Of a stretch of 64,000 nucleotides of DNA, positions 9,385 through 18,800 are shown piece after piece. Location: sequence record AP029161.1, one strand, 5' to 3'. Each line of letters opens with the position of its first letter. Within the stretch, counting starts at the first letter, position 1. The notes beneath the pieces were generated by a model. It made no database searches and was not told the origin of the DNA. It worked only from the letters and a program-made list of their open reading frames with translations. A program made the position numbers and the translations under genes. Origin of the DNA: a plasmid.

Positions 9385-9666
9385 ATGTTTGAATATTTAA
9401 TATTAAATGATTATGAAATCAATAACAGAGTCCCAAGCAATGAAGATTGGGAAAAATATGGTGAATTCTTTAAATCAAATTGGTCTTCTGAAAATTTAAA
9501 AAATGTAGCACAAGAGTATTTTTCAAAAAAGCATGATGGAACAAATGATTTATCCGAAAAAATCATATTTATAAAAGAAAATAAACTTTACTCAGAAACT
9601 AAAAAGTTTTCTGTAGAGGCAATACCTGTTTTAGAATTTCATGCTAGTGAAGAAGATTTAATATGA
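9385..9666 (+). CDS. hypothetical protein
   Basis: ORF only. Confidence 0.35.
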   Translation: MFEYLILNDYEINNRVPSNEDWEKYGEFFKSNWSSENLKNVAQEYFSKKHDGTNDLSEKIIFIKENKLYSETKKFSVEAIPVLEFHASEEDLI

Positions 9667-10085
9667 ATTTGAAGAAAAAAAATCGCAAAAGAAAAGAACT
9701 TACTGAACATCAAATTTTATCGATGAGTAGTGAAGAATGGCGTGCATATAAAAAAAGGCAATATCGAGCAAATAGAACTCCAGAGCAGCGAGAGAAAGAA
9801 CTTGCTAAACGTAGGGTAAATAGACCTAAATTAAAAACAGGTAAAAAGGCTCCAGTTTGGTTTGTAGACTTATTAAAGCTTCCAAAGGGAAAATATTTAG
9901 CTAAAGATATTGCTAATAAATTAGGAATTTCAGACAGAAATTTGAAAATAGTTTTGCGCAAGAGAGGAATTGAACCAGCAGGAACTGAATTAATTGACGG
10001 CTATTATTGTGCGTATTATCTTACATCTCAATTTAAAAGTTTACCGAAAGAAGAAATTGAAGACGCTAAAGAAAAATTAAAATAA
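9663..10085 (+). CDS. basic protein with C-terminal HTH-like segment (possible transcription regulator)
   Basis: K/R-rich N-terminus. The segment …LAKDIANKLGISDRNLKIVLRKRGIE… is HTH-like. Confidence 0.35.
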   Translation: MNLKKKNRKRKELTEHQILSMSSEEWRAYKKRQYRANRTPEQREKELAKRRVNRPKLKTGKKAPVWFVDLLKLPKGKYLAKDIANKLGISDRNLKIVLRKRGIEPAGTELIDGYYCAYYLTSQFKSLPKEEIEDAKEKLK

Positions 10086-10089
10086 ATAT

Positions 10090-10398
10090 TTGACACTTTA
10101 TTGTAAATATTTACTAGTCATGTTATTCTTTTATTTGTTGAATATATGGAGGTTTATCATGAACTTTATACAATTAGATTTATTTGGTTTAAGTGCAGTA
10201 GTAAAAAAAGTAATAGATAAGGTTTGCTACGAGTCCAGATATTTAATCGAAAAAGTAGGTGATATCTACTGCTGCTATGTTCAAAAAAGAAAAGGTAAAG
10301 GCCGTTGGTCTAAAAAAACTTTAGTTGATAAGTCAAAGAAATGTTTTCATATTGAATATGCTAGTAATGACTTGGGTTTAAAGTTAAAGGGTATTTAA
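10090..10398 (+). CDS. hypothetical protein
   Basis: ORF only. Confidence 0.3.
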   Translation: MTLYCKYLLVMLFFYLLNIWRFIMNFIQLDLFGLSAVVKKVIDKVCYESRYLIEKVGDIYCCYVQKRKGKGRWSKKTLVDKSKKCFHIEYASNDLGLKLKGI

Positions 10399-10659
10399 AT
10401 GTTCTTACATTCAAGAATATTTATTTTATCTTTATTTACTTCAATATTTTTATCAACTATTTATTTAATAATTAGTTGCATAAAAGTCTCTTTTGATGTT
10501 CAACTTTTTAGACCTGACTATTTAAAATATTTATATTTTAATTTATTATTTTTTATACTAATTATTTCTTCAATTTATTCATTCGTGATATTTTGTAAAA
10601 GAAGAAGAGATAAAATAATTCTAAAAAATAGAAAAAAATTTAATGATGATTATAACTAA
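10399..10659 (+). CDS. small membrane protein
   Basis: Two hydrophobic helices. Confidence 0.35.
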   Translation: MFLHSRIFILSLFTSIFLSTIYLIISCIKVSFDVQLFRPDYLKYLYFNLLFFILIISSIYSFVIFCKRRRDKIILKNRKKFNDDYN

Positions 10660-10678
10660 TTGAATTTAGGAAATATTA

Positions 10679-11002
10679 ATGGAAACAAAACACTCTGATA
10701 ATGATGTAGATTATTTTGAAAATTTAACTAAAAAATATGATATTAATCCTTTGCTTTTTCATAAAGCTGTGAACGCTTTTCCAGAATTTATAGAAGCAAT
10801 AAACCTAAGTGATGATCAAGCTAGGATCTGGGCTGAAAAACAGCAATATTCAAAAGCTTTAAGATTCTTTCTTAAAAGTAGATTTCCATTGGATTGGCAA
10901 AATATTGTGAATAAAATAATTAATAAAAATAATGAGCCTTTACTTGGAAATAAAGGAGAGATTCAAGTCGATATATTTACTGATAATGATAAATTGTCAT
11001 GA
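10679..11002 (+). CDS. hypothetical protein
   Basis: ORF only. Confidence 0.35.
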   Translation: METKHSDNDVDYFENLTKKYDINPLLFHKAVNAFPEFIEAINLSDDQARIWAEKQQYSKALRFFLKSRFPLDWQNIVNKIINKNNEPLLGNKGEIQVDIFTDNDKLS

Positions 11003-11568
11003 GTGCATTTATTTTTGACAATTTTTACCGCTATTCTTCTATAATTAGTGCATGGCCTGATGGCACATTTTTAATACCTCAAAGTACAGAAAAATACGAT
11101 AAAAAATTAGATAAATACTTACGTGATAAATATTATTTAGAAGTATATTCCAATAGCCCTTATTCTTACTTTATAAGTCCACACGAAAAAACATTAGAAA
11201 AAGCAGAAAGTAAAGCTTACAAGATATTCTTAAATTATTTGAATTGTAAAAATCATGAATTTGAACGTCAAGATTATTTTAGAGGTACTGGAATTTGTCG
11301 TAAATGCGATTTATTTTCTTTTAATGCTTTTACACCTGTTTTTAGATGTGTAATTTGCAATATTCCTACTGCTTATTGTCATGATGATGAATACAAATTT
11401 TATTGTGAGGGACACAAAGATCTTAATAAATCACAATACTTTGCTATCCTCCAAAACAATATGATGAGGTCTAAAAGATGTTATGAAAGGATTGCAGAAA
11501 TAAATGATGAATATAATTTTGCACAATTTAATTATATGGTTGAGAGAATTTACTTTGATAAAAGATAA
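10999..11568 (+). CDS. Cys-rich Zn-finger protein
   Basis: CRKCDLF…CVICNIP…CHDDEYKFYCEGH. Confidence 0.4.
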   Translation: MSAFIFDNFYRYSSIISAWPDGTFLIPQSTEKYDKKLDKYLRDKYYLEVYSNSPYSYFISPHEKTLEKAESKAYKIFLNYLNCKNHEFERQDYFRGTGICRKCDLFSFNAFTPVFRCVICNIPTAYCHDDEYKFYCEGHKDLNKSQYFAILQNNMMRSKRCYERIAEINDEYNFAQFNYMVERIYFDKR

Positions 11569-11887
11569 TTTTTCTTATTGAACGTAGAATCTGATTAGTA
11601 ATTGTGCCGAGGAAAATAAGGTGGCGGATCTTTTGGGGGATCGTAAATAGAACATCTTTTAGGATTTACCCAATGGCAAGGAAACCTATATTGTAAGACT
11701 AATAATCCTACTAACGATACAAGTACAAAAAAATATTTCTTCATTTGAACCTCTATTAGATTTTAGGAATTTATTTTTATAAGTATGGACAAACATTTAT
11801 TAATTTATTATAAATGTTATGTCAATCGTTATCTCAAAAAGTCAATATGTGTTTTTATTCCTTTAGATAAATTTGAAAGGAAATTTT

Positions 11888-12259
11888 ATGGTTGCTAAAA
11901 AAACTAGAAAGTCAACTGCAAAAAAAACTGGAGCAAAAAAAGCGACTCGTAAAAAGTCAACTAGAAAAACGTCAGTAAAGAAAAAGAAGGTAGCTGGTAA
12001 AAAGACTACTAAGAGGAAAACTATAAAAAGAAAAACAGCAAAAAAGACAACTAAAAAGAAGACTACAGCAAAAAATAAAACTACTAAACGCGGTCGTCCA
12101 AAAAAAGCTGGAGCAAAAATAGCTAAAAAACGAGGTCGTCCTAGTAAATTAGAGAAATTAAAAAAGAAAACACGGACTAGAAAATCCAAGAAATCATCTT
12201 CAGAATCGGGTCCTGACGAATATACACAATCATTAAATGTAAATCTGATAACAAAATAA
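11888..12259 (+). CDS. histone H1-like / AT-hook DNA-binding protein (K/A/T-rich)
   Basis: About 45% Lys/Arg with KKT/AKK repeats. Two AT-hook cores (KRGRPKKAG, KRGRPSK). ATG at 11888 with an AAAGGA ribosome-binding site; the listed TTG at 11873 is less likely. Confidence 0.65.
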   Translation: MVAKKTRKSTAKKTGAKKATRKKSTRKTSVKKKKVAGKKTTKRKTIKRKTAKKTTKKKTTAKNKTTKRGRPKKAGAKIAKKRGRPSKLEKLKKKTRTRKSKKSSSESGPDEYTQSLNVNLITK

Positions 12260-12271
12260 GGTTAAATATAA

Positions 12272-12880
12272 TTGAAAAACTTACTGGATACAAATCATTT
12301 AAAAGTATGGATTAGTATATCTGGCTTAGGTAAGTTATGGTCCAATGAAGCAAAAAAACTAAGTGATGCTTGTAAAAATTTTAGCATCACATTTATATTC
12401 GGATTTATCATATCAACAGTAACAAAATTAGATTTAAGTTCACTATTCAATGACTATTTGTTGATAATAATTTACATAGAATTATATTTGTCGCTAACTT
12501 TTATTATTTTTGATTTTCTTCATTTCTTTTTCCCTTTTATTTTTGCATTATTCATCAAATGCGATTATGAGAAAAAAAGAAAATATTTTTTAAGTACCAG
12601 AGATAAATCTGATCTAATTGAAAAAGGATATTTGAATTATGATCGCGAAAAAGATTATACAGAAAAAATAACTAATGAAACACGTGATTTATACTTTTAT
12701 ACCATAATACAGCAATCCTTCTTTCTTTCAAAAGTCTTTATATCTATTATAATATTTCTATTATTTATATTATTTATGTTCATTATTACTAAAATTTACT
12801 ATTTTTGTGCTCCATTTTTAATACCAATAATAATATTTTTTTCTTTAAGACACTTAAGAAATAAACATGACAATATATGA
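12272..12880 (+). CDS. polytopic membrane protein
   Basis: Several long hydrophobic helices. Confidence 0.4.
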   Translation: MKNLLDTNHLKVWISISGLGKLWSNEAKKLSDACKNFSITFIFGFIISTVTKLDLSSLFNDYLLIIIYIELYLSLTFIIFDFLHFFFPFIFALFIKCDYEKKRKYFLSTRDKSDLIEKGYLNYDREKDYTEKITNETRDLYFYTIIQQSFFLSKVFISIIIFLLFILFMFIITKIYYFCAPFLIPIIIFFSLRHLRNKHDNI

Positions 12881-12912
12881 ACTAAAATTTTATGAAAAGA
12901 TAAAATATAAAT

Positions 12913-14013
12913 TCATTTTATAAACCGACTATACAGCTCTGATATTTTTCCACCGCTTTGAAGAAAAAATGAATTTTTTTCGTTGCTATTTTCATGAATA
13001 AAATATTTGTATTTGTTTGTCTTATTTTTAAAATCATTTTTTAACTCATACTCAGCATCTTCTCTTGAATCAAAGTACTCAATAAATTCTGAAATATTTT
13101 CTACTCCGTGCTGAGGATAGGTTGAGTTAATCATTTCCAAAAAAAGATGTTTTAAAGAATTATTAATATAAAAATAAGAAGATACATATTCTCTTCTATA
13201 ATATTTACTTTCATCTTTTTTAACCTGCAAAATAGAAGGAAGAGGAATGCCAAACCTACCACCATCACACCATACCAAAATCAATTCACCAATTTTGGTT
13301 TCTTTGTATTTAATTGTTAAAATGTCGGTGTAAGATTTCTGATCGTTAAAAACTAAAACCCAATTTTCAAAATATTCTCTATTAAATTTACTTTTCTCAG
13401 AAATTATTGAAAAATTAGGATCTGGTTCATAATAAAAATGCAGTTTAGTATCATTTACATAATTGTATTTCCAATTATTTTTATCTTTAAGATAAGTCAT
13501 TATTTTTTCATTTGGAGTTTTGTCGATATTAAATCTTTCACGGTACATGTCTTCTATTTGTTTAGGAGTTGCGCTTCCATTCTTTGGTGTATTGCTGCTG
13601 CCAAGTCTCGTGTAAACTACACCTGCTCTAATTGTATCTTTTCCTTGACCATAGTCTTGCGTTAGAAAATAAGGTTTATGATTTATGTTTTGAATTTGAA
13701 TAATATCTATAGGATTATCTCTGTAATTTAAAGCAAATAACTTTATATTAGGAAGATTATTTAATCTTGCATTTTTTACTAAGTCCATTAAGTCATTTTC
13801 TTTTTTTCTCTTAATATCATTTTTAATATCAAAGAAATTTTTATCGTCATCAACGCCAAAAATAAGATATTTATACTTGCTATCAGTTTTTGAATTTGCA
13901 AGACATAATATGTCATGAATTAAATCTGAATTATTTTTATGATATTCTCTTTTAAAATCTATAAATTCACATTCTTGATTATTAATCAATTGCTTAATTT
14001 CTTCGTGATTCAT
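12913..14013 (-). CDS. AlbA_2 (Schlafen-like, divergent-AAA N-terminal domain) protein; candidate defence / abortive-infection factor
   Basis: N-terminal ECEFIDFKREY…DILCLANSKTDSKYKYLIFGVDDD matches the AlbA_2 signature (E.EfK…AfANt.GG.liiGV.D). Antisense to the flanking phage genes. Confidence 0.5.
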   Translation of the reverse strand: MNHEEIKQLINNQECEFIDFKREYHKNNSDLIHDILCLANSKTDSKYKYLIFGVDDDKNFFDIKNDIKRKKENDLMDLVKNARLNNLPNIKLFALNYRDNPIDIIQIQNINHKPYFLTQDYGQGKDTIRAGVVYTRLGSSNTPKNGSATPKQIEDMYRERFNIDKTPNEKIMTYLKDKNNWKYNYVNDTKLHFYYEPDPNFSIISEKSKFNREYFENWVLVFNDQKSYTDILTIKYKETKIGELILVWCDGGRFGIPLPSILQVKKDESKYYRREYVSSYFYINNSLKHLFLEMINSTYPQHGVENISEFIEYFDSREDAEYELKNDFKNKTNKYKYFIHENSNEKNSFFLQSGGKISELYSRFIK

Positions 14014-14063
14014 TATTCCTCCAATAAATTTTAACTATATATTTTGTTTAAAACTTTTCAACT

Positions 14064-14079
14064 AATTTAGACAGTCCGT
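14064..14079 (+). promoter_or_regulatory. late-operon motif copy a (AATTTAGACAGTCCGT), 34 nt upstream of the terminase small subunit
   Basis: One of six near-identical copies. Confidence 0.5.
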
Positions 14080-14112
14080 TACAAACCCAATAAATTATTT
14101 TTTGGGGGTGTT

Positions 14113-14577
14113 ATGAAAAAGCAAACTAAAAAAATAAAAAACCCAAAAGGATCTGGTCGAAAAAAACTATTTCAAGAAAAGTATCACGAAGAAATTATTC
14201 AGACCATGAAAAAAGGCCAAGGAGTTTCATTTTTTGCAGCTAAGATAGGAGTTTCAAAACAAACCATCTACAACTGGATTAACGAAAATGTAGAATTTAA
14301 GGAATCATTTGAAATTGCTCAGACAGCATGCCAAGCATTTTGGGAGAATTTGGCTTTAAATAATGCAGTAACAGCAAAAGGAAATGGGAATCAAATACAA
14401 TACCAAATGAGTAAAAGATTTAGAGATGACTATGCTGATTCTTCTCAAATAAATATTTTTAACTCTAATAATCAAAATGTAAATAGATCTATAAAAGATA
14501 TGACAAGAGAAGAACTAGAAGCATATGAAAAAGATTTACTTCAAAAGTTGAATTTAGAAAGCAATAATGAGCATTGA
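14113..14577 (+). CDS. terminase small subunit (HTH-containing)
   Basis: HTH segment GVSKQTIYNWI. Overlaps the terminase large subunit start by 11 nt. Confidence 0.6.
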   Translation: MKKQTKKIKNPKGSGRKKLFQEKYHEEIIQTMKKGQGVSFFAAKIGVSKQTIYNWINENVEFKESFEIAQTACQAFWENLALNNAVTAKGNGNQIQYQMSKRFRDDYADSSQINIFNSNNQNVNRSIKDMTREELEAYEKDLLQKLNLESNNEH

Positions 14578-15982
14578 TATTCAAGAAAGAATTGCAATTC
14601 TTGAAAAGCTAAAAAAGATAAAAGAAAGAAAAAAAGAGCAAGATGATTTTCTATCCTTCTGTATAAAAAGTTTTCCCAGATATAAAGCTGGTTGGGTCCA
14701 TGAAGAAATTTGTAAAAAGTTAGAAAAATTTGCTCATGATGTTTATCTTGAAAAATCTCCTAGACTGATGATCTTTATGCCACCAAGACATGGAAAATCT
14801 TTTTTAGTTAGCGAAAGATTTCCTGCTTGGGTTTTAGGTAAATACCCTTATTTTGAATTTATTTCTGCAACATATGGAAAATCTTTAACACAAGGCTTTT
14901 CAAGAAAGTGCAGAAATTTAATTCACTCAAAATGGATAAAAGAAATATTCCCTAACTTTGACTTAAAGAAAGATAGTAAATCAGTTGATTTTTGGGAAAC
15001 AACTTATGGTGGAGCTTTCATCGCAACTAGTATTGGTGGATCAGTAACTGGTAAAGGCGCACACATTTTATCAATTGATGATCCTCATAAAGGTATAGAA
15101 GAAGTTTTATCAGAAGTGATGAGAAACAAAACTCATGATTGGTATAAAACAGATGCTTTTACACGTCTTTTACCTGGCGGTGGAGTAATTTTAACTCTTA
15201 CGAGATGGCACGATGATGATTTAGCAGCAAGAATATTAGCAGAAGATACGGATAATGAATGGGAAGTAATTTGTTACCCAGCGATAGCTACTGAAGATGA
15301 AGCGCATAGGAAAAAAGGAGAAGCATTACATCCAGAACGTTATCCTTTAAAAATGCTTCAAAAGCTTTTAAAAACCCTTGGTTCGTTTTTCTTTAATGCT
15401 CTCTATCAACAGGACCCAGTGCCTGCTTCTGGAACAGTATTTAAAAAAGAATTTTGGAGATTCTATAATGAGCGATTTACTTTTTACGACAAAATTATTC
15501 AGGTTTGGGATTTAAGTTTTAAGGGTGACGAGAAAAGCGACTATACTGTGGGGCAAGTTTGGGGCAAAAAAGGAGCAAACTTTTATTTACTCGATCAAGT
15601 ACGAGGTCAATGGGAATTTACTCAGCAAATTGAACAAATAAAAATGTTATCAAAAAAATATCCACTTGCATATTCAAAATACATAGAAGAAAAAGCTACG
15701 GCGACAGCGGTTATTTCTACACTCAAAAAAGAAATTACAGGTTTAATTCCATTCAATCCAAAATCTGATAAATACTCACGAGCTTTAGTTGCACAGCCTC
15801 CACAACAAGCAGGAAATATTCATCTACCTAACCCTCAACTAAATCCTTGGGTAAACGATTATATTGATGAACATTCTCGTTTTCCAAAAGGCAAAAATGA
15901 TGATCAAGTCGATTGTACAAGTTTGGCGATGATTCAATTAAATAATAATGGGCTGGAGCATTTAAAAGCTTTGGTTTCTTAA
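14567..15982 (+). CDS. terminase large subunit
   Basis: Walker A FMPPRHGKS, Walker B ILSIDDPH, conserved YQQDP. Nuclease-like C-terminal region with acidic residues. Confidence 0.85.
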   Translation: MSIDIQERIAILEKLKKIKERKKEQDDFLSFCIKSFPRYKAGWVHEEICKKLEKFAHDVYLEKSPRLMIFMPPRHGKSFLVSERFPAWVLGKYPYFEFISATYGKSLTQGFSRKCRNLIHSKWIKEIFPNFDLKKDSKSVDFWETTYGGAFIATSIGGSVTGKGAHILSIDDPHKGIEEVLSEVMRNKTHDWYKTDAFTRLLPGGGVILTLTRWHDDDLAARILAEDTDNEWEVICYPAIATEDEAHRKKGEALHPERYPLKMLQKLLKTLGSFFFNALYQQDPVPASGTVFKKEFWRFYNERFTFYDKIIQVWDLSFKGDEKSDYTVGQVWGKKGANFYLLDQVRGQWEFTQQIEQIKMLSKKYPLAYSKYIEEKATATAVISTLKKEITGLIPFNPKSDKYSRALVAQPPQQAGNIHLPNPQLNPWVNDYIDEHSRFPKGKNDDQVDCTSLAMIQLNNNGLEHLKALVS

Positions 15983-16812
15983 ATTTTAAATCCGAAATGC
16001 TTAAATGCTTTTTCTAGTAAATTCTTTTCATCTTCGGTTAGATTATTTTCTAAAATGTAGTTGCTAAATTTTTCGCTAGTAAATTTTTTACTTTCTTTTT
16101 GGGGAACGCGTTCCCCAGTCAGCCCACAAATTAAATTAAGCTCATCGATTAGTTTATCATCGCTTTCCCATTTTTTCTTGGAAATATTACAAAGAGAACG
16201 AAGGCTGAATTTTTCAGGGAACTCTTTGATTAACTCTCTTGCTTTTATTGGCCACTGACCAACTTTTATTATATTTTTAATATATTTTTTATCTCGACTA
16301 AATTTTTTCGCTATGTCGTCAGCATCCCATCCTTGCGCAACTAGATCAGCGTAGCCCTCAGCTACATCAATTGGATGCAAGTCTTCACGTAGTAAATTTT
16401 CAATTAAAGCATGTTCAGTTCGTTTTGAAGAATTAGATGAGTAAACTTTAAGATTAGCTTTAATTTTTTCAATACCAAGTTCTTTGCATGCTAAGATTCT
16501 TCTATGACCAGCGACAGCAATTAGTTCAAAATCATCACCATCAATGTTTCTCCTAACCTCAACTAGAACTGGCTGGATCACTCCCTCACTTGCAATACTA
16601 TTCTTTAAATCCAAAAATTCAGGTTTACTAATATCAATTCTGTTTCTAATATTTTCATTTAATTTTATCTGATTTACGTTTAATGCCACTGTTTTATTTT
16701 CTTCAGCAGCTTTTTCATAAAGTAAAACAGTATTTAGTCTATCAGAATTAGAAACAACGCTAGCAAATCTACTTAATTTTTCAGCTTCAATCGCTTGACT
16801 AATAGTACTCAT
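15979..16812 (-). CDS. parB: ParB-like partition protein
   Basis: ParB box GHRRILACKELG. Located downstream of parA. Confidence 0.8.
   Translation of the reverse strand: MSTISQAIEAEKLSRFASVVSNSDRLNTVLLYEKAAEENKTVALNVNQIKLNENIRNRIDISKPEFLDLKNSIASEGVIQPVLVEVRRNIDGDDFELIAVAGHRRILACKELGIEKIKANLKVYSSNSSKRTEHALIENLLREDLHPIDVAEGYADLVAQGWDADDIAKKFSRDKKYIKNIIKVGQWPIKARELIKEFPEKFSLRSLCNISKKKWESDDKLIDELNLICGLTGERVPQKESKKFTSEKFSNYILENNLTEDEKNLLEKAFKHFGFKI
16101..16116. promoter_or_regulatory. GGGGAACGCGTTCCCC 16-bp perfect palindrome (candidate parS), copy inside the 3' part of parB
   Basis: Exact palindrome, GC-rich in an AT-rich context. A second copy lies upstream of parA. Confidence 0.5.
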
Positions 16813-17690
16813 ATTTCAAGATCCTCTATTTCGATAGAATTTAAACTGTAATTTTCTTTCTTAATTTCTAATTTAGAAGTTGCTCCTGTAATTTCTTTCT
16901 GTGCTAAATCAATCTGTTTTTGAACTTCTTCAGCTAGGCTCAAATATGCTTTTGAAATTGGGCTTTTTTCTTTATAAATAATTAGTGCTTGATGTTTCAT
17001 CGATGCACCATAAATCATTTGCGAAAATGGAATAATAGTTTCAAAAATGTGGATATCATTTTCATTACCTATTTTTCTTAGAAGCTTTTCACCTGCTAAT
17101 TGGAATGCGCTTTTTTTATCGAATTTCTGAATTACACATCCAAGCATTTTTAGATTTGAATTGTAGTATTGTTTTATTTTTTCGGCATTGCCAACAACCA
17201 TTGCTAGCCCGTCAATCACGTCGTTTTCAGCAAACATTGGGACCAAGTAAAAATCACTCTCGCGAAGTGCTGACTGAAAAAGGCAATCAGGATTCGGATT
17301 TGTATCAATGATGACAAAATCATAACTATTGCGAACATCACTTAAAACATCTGCTAGCAAAAAAAGTTGTTCGGGCTTTCCTGTATGACGTAAAACTATT
17401 TCCTCTAAAGCTGTCGAACTTGGCAGTAAATCTAAATTCTCTACATTTGTTTTCACTGCAAACTTTTTAAAATTAACTTTTTTTAAAATTGCATTAGCTA
17501 CAGATTGTTCTGATTTTAATTCACGACTACGAACATTCAACAATTCAGTAGCATTAGCTTGATAATCGAGGTCCACCAAAAGAACTTTTTTTCCTGAATA
17601 AGCAAGGCATGAAGCTAAATTAACAGCACATGTTGTTTTTCCAGAACCTCCCTTCTGAATTGTGACCGTTATAATTTTTCCCATTCTCAT
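16809..17690 (-). CDS. parA: ParA/Soj-family partition ATPase
   Basis: Deviant Walker A QKGGSGKTT. Confidence 0.85.
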   Translation of the reverse strand: MRMGKIITVTIQKGGSGKTTCAVNLASCLAYSGKKVLLVDLDYQANATELLNVRSRELKSEQSVANAILKKVNFKKFAVKTNVENLDLLPSSTALEEIVLRHTGKPEQLFLLADVLSDVRNSYDFVIIDTNPNPDCLFQSALRESDFYLVPMFAENDVIDGLAMVVGNAEKIKQYYNSNLKMLGCVIQKFDKKSAFQLAGEKLLRKIGNENDIHIFETIIPFSQMIYGASMKHQALIIYKEKSPISKAYLSLAEEVQKQIDLAQKEITGATSKLEIKKENYSLNSIEIEDLEI

Positions 17691-17762
17691 TCTCCTTTAA
17701 TAAAATTTTTAATTAAAAATATTTTATTAAATTTTCATGTGATTAAAAGAGTCAAAAAAAAT

Positions 17763-17778
17763 GGGGAACGCGTTCCCC
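17763..17778. promoter_or_regulatory. GGGGAACGCGTTCCCC palindrome copy 2, about 70 nt upstream of the parA start (candidate parS / par operator)
   Basis: Identical to 16101-16116. Confidence 0.5.
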
Positions 17779-17849
17779 TAATTTTACTAACTAAACGTTT
17801 AAATTTAATTTGTATATAGTTCCACTAATTTAATTTATAAGTAAACATT

Positions 17850-18503
17850 TTAGTTGAACATTCTTCCAGTTTTTTGAATATTTTTTTCTACTTCTTTTGC
17901 CTGAAGTGCTAATTGTTCAATTATTTCTTGATGAGGTCTATTTTTAAATTTATCTATTACAGCTCTTCGTTCAGGATTATCAGGTGGTAGAACAGTTAGT
18001 ATAACAGCTGCCATATTCTCCATATTTCCTTCTAATTGCTTAACCTTTTCCTCTAACTTAGATACTCTTTCAACATCTGCTTTATCGTTAATTTTAACAT
18101 CCAATTTTGTAATGTCTTCAACTGTTGCAACTGTTGATCTAGAAAGTCTCTCTCTATTTATGTAGTTCAAAACGCCCGATGATGGAGCAAAGTAATTTTT
18201 TTTGTAAATGAAATTTGGATCATTAGGTTTAACTTTCCAAACTAAAACTCCTTTAAGTATAAGTTTCTCCCTTAGCGAATCAAAAGATTGTCCTTCTGAA
18301 ATTAAACCAGCTCTTTCAAAATCATGTCGATAAAGCAAAACAAATTCTCCATCTCTTTTTTCTAATGGAGCTTCAACAAAAGCGTTTAGTAAAAAATGAG
18401 CTAGTTTCGATGCACTTTCAATTTTTTTTCTTCGTAAAAATTGTTCCAAGCTTCCATAGACCTTATATTTACCATTTACAGCCATGTTACTTCGTCCTTC
18501 CAT
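17850..18503 (-). CDS. putative plasmid-type replication initiator / DNA-binding protein adjacent to iterons
   Basis: Sits between parAB and the iteron array. No recognisable catalytic motif; the assignment rests on context. Confidence 0.35.
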   Translation of the reverse strand: MEGRSNMAVNGKYKVYGSLEQFLRRKKIESASKLAHFLLNAFVEAPLEKRDGEFVLLYRHDFERAGLISEGQSFDSLREKLILKGVLVWKVKPNDPNFIYKKNYFAPSSGVLNYINRERLSRSTVATVEDITKLDVKINDKADVERVSKLEEKVKQLEGNMENMAAVILTVLPPDNPERRAVIDKFKNRPHQEIIEQLALQAKEVEKNIQKTGRMFN

Positions 18504-18620
18504 AGTAGATAAATGACTAGGAAAAATATTACCATTTCATTTTTTTTTGGTCTAGCGTAGTTAGTTAATTTCTGACTGTGAGTAATGTAACATTCGCTAA
18601 TTTAAATGTTGTTACTATGG

Positions 18621-18800
18621 ATTTACTACGAATTTACTACGCTATAATTTTAAGCTACTACGAATTTACTACGCTAAAGTAACAGATCGTAGTAAATTCG
18701 TAGTATGAAATTTTAATAACTATTTAATATTATTAAAAATACTAGTTTATGAGTGCGTAGTAAATTCGTAGTAAATTCGTAGTAAATTCGTAGTAGATTT
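18621..18800. repeat. iteron array: 11-bp unit ATTTACTACGa in direct (18621-18674) and inverted (18688-18797, including 4 tandem copies) orientation
   Basis: Seen directly. 11-bp periodicity, no spacers (not CRISPR). Lies in a 690-bp non-coding region next to rep/parAB. Confidence 0.7.

Noticed and set aside
11590-11742. Apparent small secreted Cys-containing peptide on the minus strand (MKKYFFVLVSLVGL…)
   Set aside because: Careful codon-by-codon translation hits a stop after 18 codons. The longer reading was a frame error.
18621-18800. Possible CRISPR array suggested by repeated 11-bp units
   Set aside because: Repeats are contiguous 11-mers with no spacers. They occur in both orientations, next to rep/parAB. 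They are iterons, not CRISPR.
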